From positions 45,074,001 through 45,138,000 of the forward strand of contig OX597819.1 in the NCBI GenBank assembly GCA_951406725.2: DNA of 64,000 bases, in the 5' to 3' direction. Numbering within the stretch: the stretch's first letter is position 1; the number at the start of each line of letters is the position of its first letter. The notes beneath the pieces are model-generated. The model was not told the origin of the DNA. It worked only from the letters and a program-made list of their open reading frames with translations, and ran no database searches. Below, piece by piece: positions 55,067 through 64,000 of this stretch. The stretch is from Octopus vulgaris. Lineage: Eukaryota. A program made the position numbers and the translations under genes.

Positions 55067-56120
55067 ATGTATGTATGTATGTATGTATGTATGTATGTAT
55101 GTATGTATGTATGTATGAATGTATGTATGTATGTATGTATGTATGTATGAATGTATGTATGTATGTATGTATGTATGTATCTAAGAGCCGGTTTGTAACC
55201 TAGACTTAAGACTCTTATTGCAATGAAAACAATATCATATATGTAATCATATATGCATGCATTTGCAAAGTTATATGTGTGCACATGCGAGTAAACGTGG
55301 AGGTGTATCTTGAAAGAATATTTATAGAGATTTCGATTAACAAAGAGAAGGCAAAAACAAAAAAAGTGTACTTGCTTGACACCAGGGCCGGTATTCGAAT
55401 TTTTTTTTTCACTTAACCATGGTGTAATAATTAGATTTTAGTTAATTCATTATCTAAAGATAATAACTAATCATTAATACTATTTTAATTATTTCTTCAT
55501 TTTCGGTAGACAACAGCGGAAAAGCATTGGACTTATAGTGATTTATCCGTCACGTATACATAAAGTCGTACAAGCCTATATGACAATGAACAAGTCACTG
55601 TGTAAATCTAGAAGAGAATATATTGGATGTCCTAGACAAATAGAATTGTTTAGGGAAAAAAATATTCAACGACGTTATCTGCATCCCAAAACAAGAGTTA
55701 AGTTAATAAAAGCATATTTAATGCATAGGGTATTGTTATACGTCAAATTATGTGCTGCACGTGTCTGCTTCTATAAAACAGTTGATTACGAGTTAAATTG
55801 TTAGGGAGGATGCAGTCGGAATTGAGTGGGTATTTTTTTTGTGTATATATATATATGTATATATATAAAGGCCTCGATGGAAATTGCTGCTGTGTAATCC
55901 GAGTGATGATGACGTTAGGTAATTTGCCAGCACATGAAGGGATTTTCGACAGGGAAAATATTCAAGTAATATTCCTCAGAGGTTTATGCACAAGCACAAT
56001 TACACACACACACACATAAATACACCCACACAAACACACATATTTAACTCACACACACACACACACAAGCACACATAGAGAGAGGGGGGTATTTACTCGC
56101 CCCACATACACTTATACACT

Positions 56121-56188
<68 letters not shown>

Positions 56189-56305
56189 AGCATACACACA
56201 TAAATATGAAAATATGCAAATATATTTGCGTTTAGACATATCACACACACACGCACTCATACACATATATATACACACATATATATGTATGAATATTCAC
56301 ACACA

Positions 56306-56355
<50 letters not shown>

Positions 56356-56361
56356 TATATA

Positions 56362-56393
<32 letters not shown>

Positions 56394-56908
56394 TGCGTGT
56401 AAATGTGCAAATTGGTGTGTGCATATGCTTGTGGGTTTGTACAAGAATGTACGTGTCATTGCTATTCCAGATTATAAATATAAAGTTACAAAAGCCCGTC
56501 TGTTATTAATTTTTACAGCAAACTTGAACAAAACGTAATACATACGTTTCCCATACAACATCATTTCTCTCCTTCTGTCTTTTTTTCTTTCTTGCTTTCT
56601 TACTTTCTTTATTTATTTATTTATTCCCTATTTCTCTTGTTTCATTTTTAAAATTTCTTTATATACCATTTCGCCCATTTTTATATTTCTATTTATTAAA
56701 CTAACTGTTTAATATAAAAATCAGTTTTCTTTTCTTTTATTCAACAATTCTTCAATTATTTTCTTTTTTTCTTTACTTTATTTAAAATTTTATATCAATA
56801 AGAGATGCCTTTTGATTCACCAAAAATTACTCCTAAACTGCCATAATTTTCATATATATTTGTGTACATATGTGTCTGCGCATGTGTGCGTATGCATAAT
56901 ATATAATA

Positions 56909-56948
<40 letters not shown>

Positions 56949-57002
56949 CATATAGTTATTACGTACGAATGTATGTAGTATGTAAGTGCGTGTGAGTATG
57001 TG

Positions 57003-57082
<80 letters not shown>

Positions 57083-57551
57083 ATTACTGATGAAAAATAT
57101 GTAATGGTAGAATCTAATGAATTAATTTTATTTCAAATAAAGGAATGTGAGCGAAGAGAGTATTGTTATAACAAACAGACACTGATGATTGCTCCGTAAT
57201 TGTGGCTAAGAAACAATTTTCTCGCTAGGTTTTGCAGAAAATTTTCTGGATATTTTTCAATATAACGCAGGAGATACATTCCCTAATGCTTTGTAAAACG
57301 TGAAGACGCAGAAAGTGGGGAAGAGAATGTGGATGAAAATCGGGTGAAGTTGGAAGGGGAAAAACAATAACAACTTTCATTCAAAGAAAGAGAAGACGCG
57401 TATGCAACTATATTGATATCGCTACATGCGCAGACGCACATACGCTTTTGCGCAATTTCTGAAAATGATGCCTCTACAACTTACACACGTGCGCACATTC
57501 GGTTGTGCTCATACGTGTTATACATCATGTAAACATGATATATATACATAT

Positions 57552-57680
<129 letters not shown>

Positions 57681-57871
57681 CACATGTATATACACACATT
57701 CACACACATCTACATAGCACATGTATATATATGAGTGTGCATGCCTTTATGTATGCGTGTACACAAATAATAAAAATAATATATGTATATATATATGTAT
57801 ATATATATATGTATATATATATACATATACACACACACACATATATATATATGTATATATGTATATATATA

Positions 57872-58017
<146 letters not shown>

Positions 58018-59170
58018 TATGTATAAATACACATTTATATATAATTATATACGCACATAGAACCACACATACACACAAACACACACATATATATGTATAT
58101 CAGGGGAGAAAGGCATACACATACACATCATTCATACACGGACACTCACGTACACACAGAGAATAAGAATTACATATATAACATGTGAATAGGCACAATG
58201 TGTGAGAATAAAACATTTAATTTATGACATCATATTGGGTATCAAATAGTTCGATTCTGCTTCTTTACAGACATCGTTATTTGAATTTGCACTATATTAC
58301 TAGCTGTAAGTGGCTTATCAACAATACCTCCCACAAGATACCTTAACTGACGCCATAATATTTGATACACTGTTTTCTTTGATAAGAGGCCAGCGCTCAA
58401 TTTTTATATTTTGCAAAGCATTCTGAACTCTGAACGTTCGTGTCTTAGCGGTCAAGCCGTTGCACTGACGATCGTAAGTTCATGGGTTTCCATTCCCAGG
58501 TGGAGAGTTGCCGTTATTTTCTTGCGCAGAGCACTTCATTTCACGTTGCCCCAGTTCATCTAACTGTGAACGGTTTTCCAGGAACAACTGGTGAGTTAAA
58601 CCTGCCACGGATCTGCGTACCATTTTGAAGGGGAGTGTTATAACCATACGCCATAGACCCGTTTAAGCTCAGGCCTTTTGAAACAGATGCTCATTGACAG
58701 ACTTAAGTCTAAGTTATAGTGATTGTAATGATTTACCACCGTTATTTCCCACCGTATACATACACATGCAGTGTTGCTATGCATATGTCAAATTCTCTTT
58801 GTAATGTTTTCCGGCGAAGAAATAAAACCAAACATCAAATAAAGAGTAGAATATTGCCAATTAAGATATGGATAATCTATAACGATAAAAGTAAAAACAG
58901 AAACTAAGGTAACTAATTCACTTTATTAATTAAACAAAGCGATGAAGTCATCGATGTCTTTATACTTCCAAGTACTAATAATGATTTAAAACACATCTAT
59001 AGCTTCTATATCTAAAATGTGAATTTTTTAAACTAACACTGCCCTCTTCTGTAGACGTGCGTACACCCACAAGCGTTGTGCATTTGTGGAGGGGGGAGGG
59101 TCATGCTGTCAGTTATAAAAATACAATATATAAACGTACATATACATACACCGATATATAAGTGCGTATA

Positions 59171-59258
<88 letters not shown>

Positions 59259-59353
59259 TGTATGCATGTATGTATGTATGTACGTATAAAGTGTTAGAAG
59301 TAGTTTACAGATAGAGCGAAAGAGAGAGAGAGAAAGGGAGAGAGACATGTATA

Positions 59354-59397
<44 letters not shown>

Positions 59398-59399
59398 GA

Positions 59400-60833
59400 C
59401 ACTGAACCGTAAAAGAAACGCGAGACGTATGTGACTGAAATATGTTTTAATTTCATTATGTCAGAGATGAATTTTAATAAATCTGATAAAGTTAATTTCT
59501 TGAGTGCACTTTGACCACAATCTATGGATCATGATCATGTGTTCTGGTAGTGGGTGGATCCAGCACATCAAGACTGTAGGGCGTGACATTTTCAATATCG
59601 TATATGCAAACCTTGGGTGTTCAAAATGGTGATACACCGTCGGTACATTGAGTGCATGATGCGGTTTATAAAAGCCATAGGCACCTGTGCCCACACACTG
59701 AGGAGAACCTCTAGTTCCACACGAGTTGTCGACCTTGGGACCACCTGGTTCAGCCGTCTCCAGATTTCATCACACAGGTGTTCAGTTAGGTTCAAATCTG
59801 TGCTGAGAACCGGTGACGGCATGCTTCTGATGTTGTGATGACGCAGGAAGTCCATGGTGAACTTGACCGTGTGGAAGGGAACATTGTTCTGCTGGAACAC
59901 ATGGGTATGGTGATGCGCGAAGTAGAGAAAGGTGTGAGGTCTTAGGAGCTGGTCAAGGTAGCGGTGCGCTGTGAATCCATTCCTTCTGCTAGCACCATCA
60001 TTTTGGGACACATGGGACTCAATTATCTGATTCAGGCCTATAGTACCCCAAGCCACCCCACGCGCCTTTTTCCATGACATAAGCGTTTCTGTAACGTTCA
60101 TCACTCCTGCGCCACATCCACACTCTGCCAACCGAGGTGGAAACACAGTACCGGCTCTCGTCAGAGAAGACTATCGATCTCTATTGTTGACACTGCCAAT
60201 TTCGGTGCTGTGTAGCCCATTGTAGTCGTGCCTGACGGTGGCAGGCAGTGAGGACAGGGCCTCGAGCAGGACAACGCCAGTGCAGGTTGCTTGCGGCCAG
60301 TGGACGTCGTACCGTGTCGAAGCTGATTGGTCGCTATCCAGTGTCATTGGTCTCGCGAGCTGTCATGCTGGCCGGTGTGAAGCGATCACGGAGGTGTTGC
60401 AGGTGGATGAAGCGGTCCAGCCTGAGCGTGGCCACCTGGGGACGCCCTCTGCGGGCAGGGTCTGCAGTGCTTATCGCTGTTGAAGGCGATAGATGGTGCT
60501 GATATGGACATCGTAAGCTTTCGCAAAAACCAGGGCACACTGCCCTACTTGCAGTCGGCCGATTACTTATTCTCTCTGCGTTACTGACGATCGGGTCATA
60601 TCTGATGGGTCCAAATTTCGAATGAGCATTTCGGTTTTCATGACAATTGTTTGCTACTGTCACCCTCGGCATTCAACGTAGCTGCATTTTGACGTTTCTT
60701 TTCAGAGAAAGTTGAACGGTTCCTGCAATTTGGGTCTCAGCAATAAACCAGCATGTCTTGGAACATGTTCAGAATTTACCATATAAATATGACATTTAAA
60801 AAAAAAAACACGTTTCTTTTGCGGGCTCATCTT
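59400..60833 (-). mobile_element. Near full-length Tc1-family DNA transposon, transposase pseudogenised
   Basis: TIRs CACTGAACCGTAAAAGAAACG / CGTTTCTTTTGCGGGCTCATC; GRPQVATLRLDRFI; FQQNNVPFHT...STDLNLTEHLCDEI...SMYRRC...GLHIRY (degenerate DD34E). Confidence 0.9.
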
Positions 60834-61162
60834 TATATATTGCTCAGCTAACTAATAGTACGCACACAGTAAGTTAAGATTTTTGTTTGTCACTTATACT
60901 TCAAATAGTGCAGATCTGCATCGGCGACTGAATAGTCATATAAAAGGACACAAAGGGAAATTCAGTAATGTTGTTGACAATGAGGAAGAAAAAGGAGACG
61001 GCAATCATCTATGAAAATATAGCAATCACCATATAGATAAATATCTATAACATATATATATATATATATATATATTAGCGACGAAGACAGTATTAATACC
61101 TAGGGATCATATTAACGCCCACATAAGCGTTGTTCTATGGATGTTCTATTACAACGAACTCC

Positions 61163-61248
61163 TATATTGGCTTTTGGGTCAAAATGCACTTTTGTTGATA
61201 TTGCATGCGATATAAATAAGAGTGCATTTTACACCAAAAGCCAATATA
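61163..61248. other. 86-nt near-perfect hairpin
   Basis: TATATTGGCTTTTGGGTCAAAATGCACT pairs with AGTGCATTTTACACCAAAAGCCAATATA, with a paired inner segment. Confidence 0.8.
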
Positions 61249-61521
61249 AGTGTTTCTCTCATGATATAATGTAATATGTATATATGTTGTAATACTCTGT
61301 AGGGCCATATTGATTTTAATTAGTGTCTGCTCTTTGGAGTTACGAATTGTACTGGTGACACTTTGTTACAGTACTGATTACGTTGTTGGCTATATATCTA
61401 TTACAAATCAATTTAGTTAGCCTACTATATCTCTTACAAATCAATATCTGTTACAAATGAATTTATAAGCTCTCTACAGAGAGCTTATAAAACATTCGCC
61501 TGTATCTTTAATCCCTTATAG

Positions 61522-61573
<52 letters not shown>

Positions 61574-61685
61574 TGATATTTCGCTTCGGCTTATATATAT
61601 ATATATTAATTTAGAGATAGTAGGCCCTTTCATCTCACCATATAAAAAATAATTTTTATTTTAAATACCTACTGTTTTTTAACTT

Positions 61686-61782
61686 GGCTACACGTGTTTC
61701 ATGAGGTGTGCATTCCTCGGTTCCTAAACCACTCCGTGTTTTGCTGGAACCGTTCTTAAAATGTAACCCCAGTCATCAGGCC
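61686..61782 (-). ncRNA. Type I hammerhead ribozyme with extended stem II, intact core
   Basis: ggc-CTGATGA-ctgggg..cggttcc...ggaaccg..cctcat-GAAAC-acgt-GTA-gcc. Confidence 0.8.
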
Positions 61783-61799
61783 CTTATATCCAATAGTTA

Positions 61800-62070
61800 G
61801 AATTTGATCCGGACCTGTTTTCGGAGGTCATCTCTCGTGACGAAAACTGGTGCGACGGAATTTGCAGATGTGGTAGAGGGGAAGAAAAAACGAGTGAGGC
61901 GTTAAAATGGCATCACTTCGCAAGAGTTCCAGCACTGCTTTTTACAGTGACAAACGCATCTGGACCGATGCATTGCTTCAACTGGAGAATACTTTGAAGG
62001 CGATAAAAGTGTAACAATGTAGACCAATTGAATAAAATAATATTGCAAAATCCTGGTTTCTTTGGTGTAT
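61800..62070 (+). mobile_element. Internally deleted mariner remnant
   Basis: EFDPDLFSEVISRDENW joined to ITSQEFQHCFLQ*QTHLDRCIASTGEYFEGD (mariner C-terminus). Confidence 0.7.
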
Positions 62071-62227
62071 ATATTGCAACAGGGATAAATATACGGGGTA
62101 GGTGTAATACTTATATCACTATATGTATATGTATGTGAGATTGAGAAAGACATATAGATAAACTGAACCTCGGGCCAACCAAAGCCTTGTGAGTGAACTT
62201 GGTAGACGGAAACTGAAAGAAGCCCGT

Positions 62228-62271
<44 letters not shown>

Positions 62272-62275
<4 letters not shown>

Positions 62276-62966
62276 TAATACTAAGCAATTAAGGGTTTAG
62301 CAACGAATTGCCTTACCGCACACCGAATTTAGAAATAGCAGTCAAAGAGATTATAGCTATTTCTTCTACTAAAAGGGAGATCTCAGTAAAAACACAGCAT
62401 TTGAAAGGCAAACACAAACAGGTAAGAGAGAATGAATTGACGGCAATCTATCATACAGTTTTAAGTCACCTACGGACGTACGTTTCGAAATCAAGTCTTA
62501 GGAAAGCATAAGAATTAGATAATTCTACCTTACCCAAACTTCTTCTCTCATCAGCGCAGGATACAAACAATCATGAATGATTGTATATTGAATTTTGAGA
62601 TACTAGAAGGCACCAACTCAACTCAGTATCAGTGCGAGCTAGAAGCCACAACTAGTATCACCAAATTCAAAGTGTGAATGAAAGTTTGTGTCACCAGTCC
62701 CTTCCCACCCGCGTGTAGCCAAGACAAAGTGCTGTGGTCATTTACTGGGATGAATATGGTTATCAGTAACAATGAAGGGTGAAATTAATTAATTTGGAAT
62801 AATTATCAATTACACCAAGTAGTCTTCGGCATGTAAAAGCCTCATTCGAGGAAAATTTAAGTAATACTAAGCAATTAAGGGTTTAGCAACGAATTGCCTT
62901 ACCGCACACCGAATTTAGAAATAGCAGTCATTCCTCGAATGAGGCTTTTACATGCCGAAGACTACT

Positions 62967-62967
<1 letters not shown>
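62272..62967 (-). mobile_element. 586-bp HHR-bearing unit plus 73-bp terminal direct repeat and 37-bp inverted tail, nested in the (TA)n of a SINE A
   Basis: 62272-62344 equals 62858-62930; 62931-62967 is the reverse complement of 62817-62853; SINE halves lie at 62167-62230 and 63041-63150. Confidence 0.85.
62469..62560 (-). ncRNA. Type I hammerhead ribozyme with extended stem II, intact core
   Basis: cctgcg-CTGATGA-gaga..aagtt..agaatt/aattct..gactt..tttc-GAAAC-gtac-GTC-cgtagg. Confidence 0.88.
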
Positions 62968-63051
<84 letters not shown>

Positions 63052-63151
63052 TTTGTGTCTGTGTTTGTCCCCCAACATTGCTTGACAACCGATGCTGGTG
63101 TGTTTACGTCCCCGTAATTTAGCAGTTCAGCAAATGAACCCGATAGAATAA

Positions 63152-63643
63152 CCTCGGACCGACCAAAGCCCTGTGAGTGGATTTTGTAGGCCGAAACTGA
63201 AAAAAGCCCATCGTATATATATATTTACATCTGTTTGTGTATATGTGTGTGTATGTGCGTGTGTGTGTGTGCTTGTGTACTTGAGTTTGTCTCACCACCA
63301 TCGCTTGACAACCAATGTTCGCGAGTTTACGTCCCCGTAAGTTAGAGGCTTGACAAAATAGACTGATGGAATAAGAACTAAGTCCTGGAGTCGATTTGTT
63401 CGACTACAGGTGGTGCTCCGGTATGGCTACAATCAAATGGCTGAAACATGTAAAACAATAAAAGAATCTATATATATATAGGCGTAGGAGTGGCTGTGTC
63501 GTAAGTAGCTTGCTTACCAACCACATGGTTCCGGGTTCAGTCCCACTGCGTGGCACCTTGGGCAAGTGTCTTCTACTGTAGCCTCGGGCCGACCAAAGCC
63601 TTGTGAGTGAATTTGGTATACGGAAACTGAAAGAAGCCCGTCG

Positions 63644-63644
<1 letters not shown>
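63152..63644 (+). mobile_element. Two SINE family A pieces (3' part 63152-63465; young 5' half 63481-63644)
   Basis: GGCGTAGGAGTGGCTGTGTCGTAAG...GGGTTCAGTCCCACTGCGTGGCACCTTGGGCAAGTG. Confidence 0.85.
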
Positions 63645-63674
<30 letters not shown>

Positions 63675-63903
63675 CACACACACACACACGCACAAATACG
63701 TGTACGTGTGTGTGTTTGTGTGTATGTGCTTACATATGTAAATCGATAAGAATGTAGGTATCCATATAGCAAGGCAATTAAACTAGAAAGAATGTCCGTA
63801 ATAAACACGTCACTTCCAAAATATGGTTCTCGAAAGTTCTTTGAAAGTATAAATGTGAGTGTGTGTCTGAGTGAGTGTGCGTGTCTGTGTGAGTGTGTGT
63901 GTG

Positions 63904-63980
<77 letters not shown>

Positions 63981-64000
63981 ATGTCTCTTTCTCTTTCTCT

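Noticed and set aside
57175-57228. CTGATGA...GAAAC-aatt-TTC hammerhead-like string
   Set aside because: There is no stem I, stem II is weak and the C-G pair of stem III is missing; it could be chance or very old decay.

Overview
AT-rich, microsatellite-saturated metazoan DNA. The tRNA-derived SINE families look like those of Octopus (coleoid cephalopod); this is an inference. I could not support any host protein-coding exon, and almost all listed ORFs are translations of (TA)n/(TG)n/(TATC)n/(TATG)n/(AAT)n tracts. Recognisable coding remnants are all transposon-derived: Tx1/L1 C-terminus, Penelope-like (PLE) RT and GIY-YIG pieces, R4/Dong-type RLE retrotransposons, a near full-length dead Tc1, and mariner, pogo, hAT and Helitron remnants. 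There is also a U6 snRNA fragment and a 2.6-kb probable assembly duplication around a 100-N gap. The main signal is a set of non-coding elements inserted in (TA)n tracts that carry minimal type I hammerhead ribozymes (HHR). They include a perfect tandem pair 352 nt apart (retrozyme-like) and several families with unusually long stem II. Loop III differs between families but is always a palindrome. Several insertions are one unit plus a variable terminal redundancy, consistent with copying from circular or pLTR RNA.
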